In this document: positions 8,521 through 17,241 of the stretch, piece after piece
Layout of the letters: every line of letters begins with the position of its first letter
Position numbering within the stretch: the stretch's first letter is position 1
From: Candidatus Jordarchaeia archaeon
GTDB lineage: Archaea; Asgardarchaeota; Jordiarchaeia; Jordiarchaeales; Jordiarchaeaceae
Direction of reading: 5' to 3'
Length of the DNA stretch: 23,535 nucleotides
Assembly: GCA_029856435.1 (NCBI GenBank)
Contig: JAHQXB010000150.1
Coordinates: forward strand, 1-23,535
Notes under the pieces: generated by a model
Seen by the model: only the letters and a program-made list of their open reading frames with translations
What the model was told of the DNA's origin: nothing
The model's database searches: none
Program-made: the position numbers and the translations under genes

Positions 8521-10407
8521 TCAACTATGATTTTCTAAATATTTCTTTACGGAGGGGTATCTTTCAAGGTGTTTGTATGGAATGAGTGTGGATTTTACGA
8601 ATTCTCTTTGAAAGTTGGGTTCCGCCATCAGTTCCACGTATCTTATCCATCGGGACAACTTTTGTGCAGTTTTTCGGACTTCCCTTGATAGTAGAGCCAT
8701 TTTAGCTCCTGCAAGAGCAGTGTTTCCCGCAAAAGTAATTTTTTCGGTGGGAACATCAGGAATCAAGCCTAGAAACTTTGCACTCTCCGGATCAATGTAG
8801 TTTCCAAAGGCGCCAGCTATGAAAACCCTATCTATGTCCTCCTCTGTCACCGCTTTCTTTTCCATGAGAATGGCGCAGCCGGTATGTATGGCCGCCTTGG
8901 CCAACTGTACTTCTTCGATGTCTTTCAGGGAGACGGTTATATTTTTTTCAATAGCCGTTTCCTCCTTCCAAGCAATTACAAATTCCGGTTTTCCCTCCAC
9001 TCTAATCATCCTCACAGTATCTACATCGTTGAACTTCCCCCTCTCTGATATGATTCCACACTTAAACATTTCAGCCACAGCATCAATTACTCCAGAACCA
9101 CATATCCCCACTGGTTTCACTCCATCTATTGTTGCATATTTAACCTCAAAGGTTTTGGGATCGATTCTTATTCTTTCAATGGCTCCCGACACTGCCTTCA
9201 TGCCGTGTTGTATGTGTACTCCCTCAAAGGCGGGGCCTGCAGCACAAGAACAGGAAACAATGTCTTCTCTATTTCCCACAAAAACTTCACCGTTGGTTCC
9301 AACATCCACAAGTAAACACATCTCGTCCATTTCGTGAATGTTAGTTGCCAACACGTCGCCAACAGCATCTGCACCCACGTATCCCGCAATATTGGGTAAA
9401 GCATAAACACTTGCCCTGGGATTAGCGTTTATACCGAGTTCCTGGGTCTTCACCACAACCGGGCCTTTTACTCCCGGAACGTAGGGTGCCAAGTGTAAAT
9501 ATTTTGTTTGGATACCCAGAAACAGGCTGAGCATGGCGGTGTTTCCAACAACTGTCAACTCATAAATTTCACTTTGTTTGATTCCCGATTCTCCACAAGC
9601 AGTCTGGACTATTTTATTGATGCCTTCTATTGCCAGTGTTTGTAGTCTTCTTCTTTTTTCGGGGCTTTCCTCAGCATAGGATATTCGGGACAAAATGTCT
9701 TCTCCAAAGGCAATCTGGGGATTTTCCAAGGAGCCAAGCCCCACAACCTCGCCACTATTTAGGTTAACCAGATATCCCACAATTTTGGAAGTGCCAATAT
9801 CTACTGCAAATCCAAAATTTCTCGATGTAGTGTCTCCCGGCTCTAAATCTATTACTTTGTGGTCATTTAACAGGGTAACTGTTATGTTCCAATTTCCCTC
9901 CCTAATAGTGTCAGGAAGATTTTTAATGAGTTCGTATTCCCACTCTAAACCTCGGAGGCCGTATACCTTTTCCAGATGGGTTAAGATGTTTAAATCGTCT
10001 GCGACGGGATTTTGTACCGTAGGCTTTTCCAATACCAAATTTATTTTTCTGATATTAGGGTCCAGTTTTACTGGCTGCTCCATTCCTTGAATCTGTATCC
10101 TCCGAACACTTAATCGACTTTCGCTTGGAATTACTACAGTTAAATCTCGACGAATTGAAACCATACAAGCTAGACGATACCCCTTGCTAATTTCCTCTGG
10201 TGTTAGGTGCTCCTTCTCCGCTTCGCTTATCTCACTTAAGTGGAGCTGATTCGCAATTATTACCCTACATTTTCCGCATTTTCCCTTCCCACCGCATTCG
10301 GAACGTATTCCGATTCCCCCTCCTTTTGCCACTTCCAATATGGTGGACGCATCAACGGCAGACAACTTTTTACCTTCTGGTTCGAACCGTACAGTAAATC
10401 TTTTCAT
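8521..10407 (-). CDS. ASKHA-domain reductive activator of corrinoid proteins (RACo type) with N-terminal [2Fe-2S] ferredoxin
   Basis: CGGKGKCGKC...RLAC 2Fe-2S motif, plus DIGTS, VGNTAM, DVGTNGE, CAAGPAFEG, GICGSG, AGAFG and GNTALAGA. GGAGG RBS. 628 aa. Confidence 0.92.
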   Translation of the reverse strand: MKRFTVRFEPEGKKLSAVDASTILEVAKGGGIGIRSECGGKGKCGKCRVIIANQLHLSEISEAEKEHLTPEEISKGYRLACMVSIRRDLTVVIPSESRLSVRRIQIQGMEQPVKLDPNIRKINLVLEKPTVQNPVADDLNILTHLEKVYGLRGLEWEYELIKNLPDTIREGNWNITVTLLNDHKVIDLEPGDTTSRNFGFAVDIGTSKIVGYLVNLNSGEVVGLGSLENPQIAFGEDILSRISYAEESPEKRRRLQTLAIEGINKIVQTACGESGIKQSEIYELTVVGNTAMLSLFLGIQTKYLHLAPYVPGVKGPVVVKTQELGINANPRASVYALPNIAGYVGADAVGDVLATNIHEMDEMCLLVDVGTNGEVFVGNREDIVSCSCAAGPAFEGVHIQHGMKAVSGAIERIRIDPKTFEVKYATIDGVKPVGICGSGVIDAVAEMFKCGIISERGKFNDVDTVRMIRVEGKPEFVIAWKEETAIEKNITVSLKDIEEVQLAKAAIHTGCAILMEKKAVTEEDIDRVFIAGAFGNYIDPESAKFLGLIPDVPTEKITFAGNTALAGAKMALLSREVRKTAQKLSRWIRYVELMAEPNFQREFVKSTLIPYKHLERYPSVKKYLENHS

Positions 10408-10598
10408 TAATTAGCCTCCGAAAAATAATTAAAGATGATGTTATCTCCCTGTTTATTAATTTTTATAAGTAGCTCGGTCTAATAATTTATTTCATAAATT
10501 CGATTCTCACTTTACAATAAGTTTATGTTTTACCATTCTTCGATTTCTATATTCATTAATATTCACTTTTCCGTAATATTCTATGTGATGGGATTTTT

Positions 10599-10704
10599 GT
10601 TTAAACCCATTTTTTCGCGGATTTAATTTTTACATTTTTTTAATGCTTATTTTACTGGGATTTATATGAAACCACTGAGCGTTTAAACCCATTTTAGCGG
10701 GTTT
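10599..10704. repeat. 15-bp direct repeat GTTTAAACCCATTTT (10599-10613 and 10681-10695), each copy followed by GCGG(A/G)TTT
   Basis: Read directly from the sequence, in the divergent intergenic region between RACo and the FAD oxidoreductase. Confidence 0.7.
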
Positions 10705-10979
10705 GGGAATCCTTTAATGGGATTGCATTGTTCCATTATCACACTTCCAGCTTTTGGGAGAATAAATATACCGGGCCGGTGAAGAAGCAAAAGCATCCCA
10801 AACCATTCTTGAGAAAAGCAAAATCACCCAAAGAGCTCCACAGAATCTGTGAAATACCGGTTGAAATAAATATACCTTTTCAACTAATTTTTAAATATAA
10901 AATTTTAAATAATAGCTAGATTAATTTTTATTTAATACAGGGAGCTAAATAACACATTAAAATTTTTGGAGGGATATAA

Positions 10980-12548
10980 CTGAGTAAAGATAAAAGGGAA
11001 GAGACGGAGTTTGCCGAGGAGACTACAGAGAAAATCGTAATTAAGAGAGTTATTTTAAAACCCGACGAGTTTAGAGCGGCTTTAGAAAAAATTAAGGGTA
11101 TCGTTGGGGCGGAAAATGTTTCTGATGATCCTTTAGATTTAATCTGTCATGAAAGAGATCTATACACTCCGGTCAGTAAACGTTTCCTGGGATCTGTTGC
11201 AACACCGGCGATGGTTGTGAGGCCAAAGAATACGGAAGAGGTTCAGGGGGTTGTTAGAATAGCTAACGAATACAAGATTCCCATAACTCCCTTCTCTTTC
11301 GGAACAAATATGGGTGGTGCTGCTGTTCCGAGCGTTGAAGGTGCCATTCTGCTCGATCTTAGGAGAATGAACCGAATAATTGAGATTAATGAGGAGACTA
11401 TGACAGCCACCATTGAACCTGGGGTTTCTTATGGGAGGCTGGATTACGAGGCTAGGAAGAAGGGTTTAAGAACCGTTTCTACCATAGGTGGATATACTGG
11501 AGGGCTGATAGGCAATTTCGTTACAGCAAATGTGAGGCCCTTTAATGCTATGTTCGGTTTTTCTGATCCTATTGTAACAATGGAAGTTGTGCTACCAACT
11601 GGGGAGGTTCTGAGAACCGGTTCTATGGCATATCCCGGTTATGAAGACGCTAACCCCTATGTGAGGTTGGCTTGGGGACCAGATTTTGCTGGGCTATTCA
11701 GGGGTAGTGCTGGTGCTTTTGGTGTGGTAACCAAGGCTGTTGTGAAACTTTATCCCGCAGGTGAAATTGAGAAACGTTTGAAATTTGCTTTTCCAGATCT
11801 AGATTCACTTTTGGAGGCAATGAAAAAAACTCAAAGAAATGAAATAGGTAGAGCAGTTTTGGGCATTGATCGGAACGAGATATTTTTTGTATGTACCGAG
11901 AGAGGCGAGAGAGAAAACATGTCCAAAGAGGAGTGGCTGAAAACTTATAAGAGCTTTCCCGAATGGGCTATGCTAATAAATTTGGAAGAACGAAAAGAAA
12001 TTGTGGAGGCTGACGAGAAACTGTTAAGAAAAATCTGTGAAGAATATGGGGGTAAAGAGCTAGAACTGCCTCCTAGATACGCGGAGTCTCTGGACGATTT
12101 TTCAACTCATAGGGGCAGAATGATAATGCACAGTCTAGTTATCCCCAGTATGATTTGCTTATGGACATGCACACCTGCAAACAACATTAAAGCCTTTTAT
12201 AATAAAACTTTGGAAGTTTTAAAGAAGTTGGACATGAGGTTTCCTCTATTCAAGGATATATTCAACCCGGGTCGATGGTTCCTAATACCTTTTGATAGAG
12301 GAAATACCTATATGATTGGCGTGGATGTGGATTTTGACACTCTTGATGAAGAACAGTTAAAAAAGGCTATGGAGTTTCTCTTGTCCTACATTTCACTAAT
12401 GACCGAGGTTAAAGGCACCATACCTATGACCATGGGTCCATTGGTTGATATGCTTATGCCCTCCTATAGCAAATTGATTAAATCAATTAAGAAGATGCTT
12501 GACCCAAATGACATTTTTAGTCCTAATAGATTGTGCTTAGTGGGGTAA
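10980..12548 (+). CDS. FAD-binding oxidoreductase (VAO/GlcD/D-lactate dehydrogenase superfamily)
   Basis: VVRPKNTEEV, PFSFGTNMGG, LDLRRMNRIIEI, IEPGV, VVLPTGEVLRTG, GAFGVVTK, LDPNDIFSP. The frame is open for 77 codons upstream of the track's ATG (11211), back to CTG 10980, with a GGAGG RBS. The extension encodes the family-typical IVGAENVSDDPLDL..H.RD segment. Confidence 0.88.
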   Translation: MSKDKREETEFAEETTEKIVIKRVILKPDEFRAALEKIKGIVGAENVSDDPLDLICHERDLYTPVSKRFLGSVATPAMVVRPKNTEEVQGVVRIANEYKIPITPFSFGTNMGGAAVPSVEGAILLDLRRMNRIIEINEETMTATIEPGVSYGRLDYEARKKGLRTVSTIGGYTGGLIGNFVTANVRPFNAMFGFSDPIVTMEVVLPTGEVLRTGSMAYPGYEDANPYVRLAWGPDFAGLFRGSAGAFGVVTKAVVKLYPAGEIEKRLKFAFPDLDSLLEAMKKTQRNEIGRAVLGIDRNEIFFVCTERGERENMSKEEWLKTYKSFPEWAMLINLEERKEIVEADEKLLRKICEEYGGKELELPPRYAESLDDFSTHRGRMIMHSLVIPSMICLWTCTPANNIKAFYNKTLEVLKKLDMRFPLFKDIFNPGRWFLIPFDRGNTYMIGVDVDFDTLDEEQLKKAMEFLLSYISLMTEVKGTIPMTMGPLVDMLMPSYSKLIKSIKKMLDPNDIFSPNRLCLVG

Positions 12549-12550
12549 CT

Positions 12551-13696
12551 ATGGAGCTAAGTAAATATATACGGGAATTTGAACTATGCGTGAAATGCTC
12601 TTTCTGTCAAGAGGATCCTATAACCCATTTGCCTATTTGTCCGGAGGCTGAAAGGTTCGGTTTTGAATCATACCGTCCTTCGGGACTTATGGAGCTTGCT
12701 CGTGCACTAGCTCATAGGAACATAGGGTTGTCCGAGGGGCTGGCTAAGCGTTTCTACTCTTGTCTAACCTGTGGGGCTTGTGACAAACTGTGTTATTCTC
12801 TAACCGGGAAGCGTCCCCTAAATCTGTTCCTAGAAACAAGAAGGGTTCTAGTTAAGAGTGGATTTGGACCAATGCCCGGGCAATTGGAGGCTACAGTGAA
12901 TGTACTATCGACTTCAAACCCCTACGGAAAGCCAAAGGATCAGAGGTTCAAATGGGTCAAGGAAGCTATTCCCAACAAAGCTGAAATAGTTTACTTTGCG
13001 GGATGTACTCCATCATATTATTTTCCAGAACAAGCCCAGTCAACGCTAAAGGTTTTGAAGGCTGCGGGAATAAAGTTTGCTATCATGCCTAATGAACGGT
13101 GCTGTGGTTATACAACAATTATGACTGGACAAGACGACGCCGCCATGGATATTGTGACGGGCAATGTTAAATATATCAAAGAAACTGGGGCCAAAACACT
13201 ATTGACTAGTTGTGCTATGTGTTATAAGATTTTCAACCAGGATTATTTTAAATTAGCAGGAGAAAAAATGGATTTTGAAGTGACACATACTTCCCTGTTT
13301 TTCAATGACCTTGTCAATGAGAACAAGTTAAAGTTAAAGAAGCCAATTTCTGAAACAATAACTTACCATGATCCTTGCAACCTTGGGAGACTGAATAATG
13401 TTTATGATGAACCGAGAAACCTAATTGAGCAGATCCCGAAAACTCAACTGGTTGAAATGGAGAGAAACCGAGGAAGTGCTTGGTGCTGTGGAGCAGGTGG
13501 GGGAGTAAAATTCGCTTTTCCGGATTTTGCAAATTGGACTGCAATTGAACGATTGAAAGAAGCACAATCCACTGGTGCGAAATTATTAGTTTCAGCATGT
13601 CCCGAGTGTGAGCTTAACTTCATGGATTCACTAAAGACAATTGATAAAAAGATTAAAATTCAAGACGTTAATCAAATATTAGCAATGTCTCTTTAA
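12551..13696 (+). CDS. (Fe-S)-binding protein, HdrD/GlcF/GlpC-like (2x[4Fe-4S] plus two CCG domains)
   Basis: CVKCSFC...CP, CLTCGACDKLC, YFAGC, ERCCG, SCAMC, YHDPCNLGR, WCCGAGGG, ACPEC. ATG 12551 lies 2 nt after the previous stop; the track starts at 12533. Confidence 0.88.
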   Translation: MELSKYIREFELCVKCSFCQEDPITHLPICPEAERFGFESYRPSGLMELARALAHRNIGLSEGLAKRFYSCLTCGACDKLCYSLTGKRPLNLFLETRRVLVKSGFGPMPGQLEATVNVLSTSNPYGKPKDQRFKWVKEAIPNKAEIVYFAGCTPSYYFPEQAQSTLKVLKAAGIKFAIMPNERCCGYTTIMTGQDDAAMDIVTGNVKYIKETGAKTLLTSCAMCYKIFNQDYFKLAGEKMDFEVTHTSLFFNDLVNENKLKLKKPISETITYHDPCNLGRLNNVYDEPRNLIEQIPKTQLVEMERNRGSAWCCGAGGGVKFAFPDFANWTAIERLKEAQSTGAKLLVSACPECELNFMDSLKTIDKKIKIQDVNQILAMSL

Positions 13697-13817
13697 GAAA
13701 AGTCTAAATTCACTTTTCTTAATTAAAAACAAATTGGTAACTTTAAATTACCCCCTTCTCCCACTCCGCTGAAAAATGAAAGATTGTCCTCTTAACCACA
13801 AAAGAAAAACTAAAAAG

Positions 13818-14128
13818 ATGAACTACCACCCTTTGAGAAGGGTGGCTTCTGAGGTCGTGCCTTAAACAACACTACTAAGTTCGCTGGAAGGCAATGCCTC
13901 AGTTATGGGCTGGTTCACGACAGCCCCTATGCCAGACATCGAGCCTAGTACTCGTCCGTTGCCGAACGTATCGAAGCCCTTTTGGGTATCCCAAGCTTCA
14001 TCCGCACAGCGTGGCTTGGGTTTCTCCGACTGTTCCCTTTGCGGAACATTTCGATATTCTATTCACTTCGCCAGCTTACCTCAATTCATCCACCGTTTGA
14101 AAACGGTGGTCTTCTTGAGGTGGTCTTT
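13818..14128 (-). mobile_element. Non-autonomous, ORF-less IS200/IS605-family element (PATE/MITE-like), 311 bp
   Basis: Minus strand: target TTAT (14132-14129), left end with AAGA at +16..+19 directly before hairpin CCACCGTTT-TC-AAACGGTGG (14109-14090). Right end: GAAG, hairpin CCACCCTT-CTCA-AAGGGTGG (13845-13826), TAGT, TCAT. This fits IS608-type guide/cleavage-site geometry. No credible ORF inside. Confidence 0.8.
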
Positions 14129-14204
14129 ATAAGTATCATTGATTTTCTCTGCAGGTTTATTTCGCGATTTATGAGTGAGTTCTTGATTTTCGTTGTCTTT
14201 TTTA

Positions 14205-14675
14205 CTATTCTTTTCGCATCTTTATTTCAAAGATGCAGTGCTCTAAGTTTGCTTTGCCTGAGAATTTATCAATTTCTCCCATATCAAAGGCGTTTAAGGT
14301 GATTGCTGCGATAAAGGCTGCCATGCATAAAGGACATCCTTCCTTTCCCTCTGCTAAGAACTGCTCGGCTAGTGGCCTGTTCAGGCATCCTTTCATTCTG
14401 CATCTTAGAGTGTTTTCTTCGGGGTAGTCTACTTCTAAATCGAAGCCAAATGTTTTGAGGAAGGGTCCTGCCATTTCGAACATTTCATTTATGGATTTGG
14501 GTACTTTCCCGACAAGCATCTGGTTAAGCACATTCCGGATTTTGGGTTTCATATCGTTAGCGGCGGTTCTCGCTACTAGGGCTATATTTAATCCCAGCGT
14601 TTCTATAGCGTTAAGTATGGCGGAGTAACCATTAGTCATCGCCAGAAACATTGCCTTTTCATTTTCTTCAACCAT
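14205..14675 (-). CDS. Small V4R/MetOD1-like ligand-binding domain protein (hypothetical)
   Basis: 156 aa. A helical N-half is followed by DYPEENTLRCRMKGCLN...GCPLC...HCIFEI. The Cys spacing and terminal C-x-F-x-I strand resemble V4R-like folds. The family call is by eye only. Confidence 0.55.
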   Translation of the reverse strand: MVEENEKAMFLAMTNGYSAILNAIETLGLNIALVARTAANDMKPKIRNVLNQMLVGKVPKSINEMFEMAGPFLKTFGFDLEVDYPEENTLRCRMKGCLNRPLAEQFLAEGKEGCPLCMAAFIAAITLNAFDMGEIDKFSGKANLEHCIFEIKMRKE

Positions 14676-14884
14676 TGCCTTTCAAACCCCCTACATTATT
14701 TATAGGGATAAATGAGTTTATAAAATCCGCGTTTTTGGGTTCAGCGGTATATGAAAATGTATATTATTGTCGTTGTTAGCATGTATACTTAAAAATTTGT
14801 AGAATATAAATATAACCTGCATATTAATGTTTTTAACAATTAAAACTTTATGTTAAATCATTGAAGATTTTGAAGGGGTAAGAT

Positions 14885-15955
14885 TTGGTTAAGAAGATTG
14901 TAGCGCTTGGTGGAGATGGAATCGGTCCTGAGGTGGTTGATGCTGCAGTTCAAGTTTTGGAAAGTATGGGCTTAGATATAGAGATACAAAAACCCTTGTG
15001 TGGAGAAGTGGCAATAAAAAGGTTTGGAACGCCTTTTCCTAAGGAAGCCATGGAGTTAACAAATGAGTCTGATGCAATACTCTTCGGGGCAACCGAGCAA
15101 GCCAGTGTTTTTATCCTAGCCTATTTGAGATGGGGACTTGACACCTACGCAAACCTGAGACCCATAAAGTATTATGAGGGTGTGCCAACCCCCATAAAGG
15201 ATCCCGAAGGAATAGATTTCCTCATAGTTAGGGAAAATTCTGAGGGACTCTATCCCGGAAGGGAGGGAGACCTGTCGCTACTTGCAGAGAAGCTTCCGGA
15301 TTATAGGGACCGCTTAGGAAAATCTTTTGCAGACTATGGGCCGGGAAAATTCGCCATAAGAGTTTTCACCAATAAGGGGTGTCAGAGAATAGCAAAGTTT
15401 GCCTGCGAAAAGGCAAGAGAGCGGAAAGCTAAAGGATTTCCAGGAAAGGTGACCTGCGTCACAAAGTCAAATGTTCTCAGAGAAAGCTGTGGACTGTTTC
15501 AAAAAACCTGTGAAGAAGTGATAAAGAACTATCCCGAACTGAAATATGAACACTTCTACGTTGACGACATGGCCAGGAGAATAATTAGATTTCCCAAGGA
15601 CATGGATGTTATCGTCACCTCCAACATGTTTGGAGACATCCTCTCAGACCTAGCAGCTGAACTAATGGGCGGGTTGGGCATGGCCCCCAGCGCATGCATA
15701 GGCGATAAATATGCCTACTTTGAACCGGTACACGGCTCGGCTCCAGACATAGCGGGAAAGGGTATCGCGAATCCCACTGCAAGCATTCTATCCTCGGTCT
15801 TAATGCTGGACTATTTAGGTATGAAGGATAAAGCCGAAGAGTTGGAGAACGCAGTGAAGGCTGTTTATAAAGAAGGGAAGGTCTTGACTCCCGACATGGG
15901 AGGAAAAGCGAAAACCACAGATTTTACCCGGGCTGTCATTGAGAAGTTAAAATAA
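14885..15955 (+). CDS. Isocitrate/isopropylmalate (beta-hydroxyacid decarboxylating) dehydrogenase, LeuB/AksF/HICDH-like
   Basis: [65 protein letters not shown] start. Substrate not assignable. Confidence 0.92.
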   Translation: MVKKIVALGGDGIGPEVVDAAVQVLESMGLDIEIQKPLCGEVAIKRFGTPFPKEAMELTNESDAILFGATEQASVFILAYLRWGLDTYANLRPIKYYEGVPTPIKDPEGIDFLIVRENSEGLYPGREGDLSLLAEKLPDYRDRLGKSFADYGPGKFAIRVFTNKGCQRIAKFACEKARERKAKGFPGKVTCVTKSNVLRESCGLFQKTCEEVIKNYPELKYEHFYVDDMARRIIRFPKDMDVIVTSNMFGDILSDLAAELMGGLGMAPSACIGDKYAYFEPVHGSAPDIAGKGIANPTASILSSVLMLDYLGMKDKAEELENAVKAVYKEGKVLTPDMGGKAKTTDFTRAVIEKLK

Positions 15956-15972
15956 GTTTTGGAGGATCCAAT

Positions 15973-17226
15973 ATGGGCATGACTTTGGCTGAGAAGATTC
16001 TTGCAAGAGCCTCTGGTAAAGAAATTGTCAAGCCGGGGGAATATGTTACCGCAGATATTGATTTGGCTATGGCCCATGAGGGGTTTGCAGCTGTTTATTT
16101 GGGATTGCTTGGTGCGGGAATAAATAGCGTATGGGACCCAGATAAGATTGTAGTTGTCCTAGACCATGCGGTGCCGGCTCCAAATGTGAGATATGCCGGG
16201 GTGCACAAAATGGTTCGCGATACGGTGAAGAATCTGGGCATAAAAAATTTTTATGATGTGAAGGCGGGAGTCTGCCACCAGGTTCTCCAAGAAAAAGGTC
16301 ACGTTCTTCCCGGTATGCTCATAGTGGGCACAGATTCTCACACCACCACATATGGAGCCTTAACCGCAGCTGGAACCGGGATAGGCTTCACAGAAATGTC
16401 CTACGTATTCGCCACTGGAAAACTATGGTTCAGAGTCCCAGAAACCATAAAATTCGAAATCTCGGGGAAGCTACCCTACAACGTTATGTCCAAGGACATA
16501 ATCCTCTACCTCCTAGGCAAATATTCTGCGGAGGCTGCCCAATACAAGTCCGTCGAATTTGCCGGTAGCCTCTCCAAAGAGTTGAGCATCTCCAGCCGCA
16601 TGACCATGAGTAATATGGCTTTGGAGATGGGGGCAAAATTCGCCTTCTTTGAAACGGACCAAAAAACAATCGACTACCTTAAAGACAAAACTAAGAAGCC
16701 CATTCAAAATCTAAGAGCAGATAAGAACTCCCAATATGAGAAAATATACAGGGAGGATGTCACAGAATTGGAGCCTCAAGTTGCAGCCCCCTACACTGTA
16801 GATAACGTGAAGCCTATTTCAGAAATTGAGGGCATTTCCGTAAACCAGGCGCTTCTTGGGTCATGCACCAATGGTAGACTAGAAGACCTTGAGATTGCTG
16901 CCAAGATTCTTGAGGGGAAGAAGGTTCACCCAGACACTCGACTAATTGTAACTCCTGCGTCCACAGAAGTTTACAAAGAAGCAGTGAAAAAGGGAATTAT
17001 TGAAACCATAGTTGATGCTGAGGGAATCGTGTGCAACCCCAGTTGTGGAGCGTGTTTCGGAGCCAATATGGGACTGCTAGCTTCAGGTGAGGTTTGCATC
17101 GCCTCCATCAATAGAAACTTTAGGGGAAGAATGGGAGACCCAGAATCAAAAGTTTACCTAGCATCACCGGCAACGGTGGCCGCTTCAGCAATTGAGGGAA
17201 AAATAGCGGATCCGAGAAAATATTGA
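15973..17226 (+). CDS. leuC: 3-isopropylmalate dehydratase/homoaconitase-family large subunit (archaeal short LeuC/HacA type)
   Basis: MTLAEKILA, DHAVP, GVCHQV, GTDSHTTTYGA, GSCTNGR, NPSCGACFG, NRNFRGRMG, YLASPA. The symbol is a family label; substrate unverified. Confidence 0.9.
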   Translation: MGMTLAEKILARASGKEIVKPGEYVTADIDLAMAHEGFAAVYLGLLGAGINSVWDPDKIVVVLDHAVPAPNVRYAGVHKMVRDTVKNLGIKNFYDVKAGVCHQVLQEKGHVLPGMLIVGTDSHTTTYGALTAAGTGIGFTEMSYVFATGKLWFRVPETIKFEISGKLPYNVMSKDIILYLLGKYSAEAAQYKSVEFAGSLSKELSISSRMTMSNMALEMGAKFAFFETDQKTIDYLKDKTKKPIQNLRADKNSQYEKIYREDVTELEPQVAAPYTVDNVKPISEIEGISVNQALLGSCTNGRLEDLEIAAKILEGKKVHPDTRLIVTPASTEVYKEAVKKGIIETIVDAEGIVCNPSCGACFGANMGLLASGEVCIASINRNFRGRMGDPESKVYLASPATVAASAIEGKIADPRKY

Positions 17227-17241
17227 GGAGATGAAAAATGA

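Noticed and set aside
13894-14302. Three plus-strand ORFs (68, 75 and 106 aa) over the mini-element
   Set aside because: No resemblance to TnpA or TnpB, and they cross the element boundaries. They are better explained as GC-rich structured DNA.
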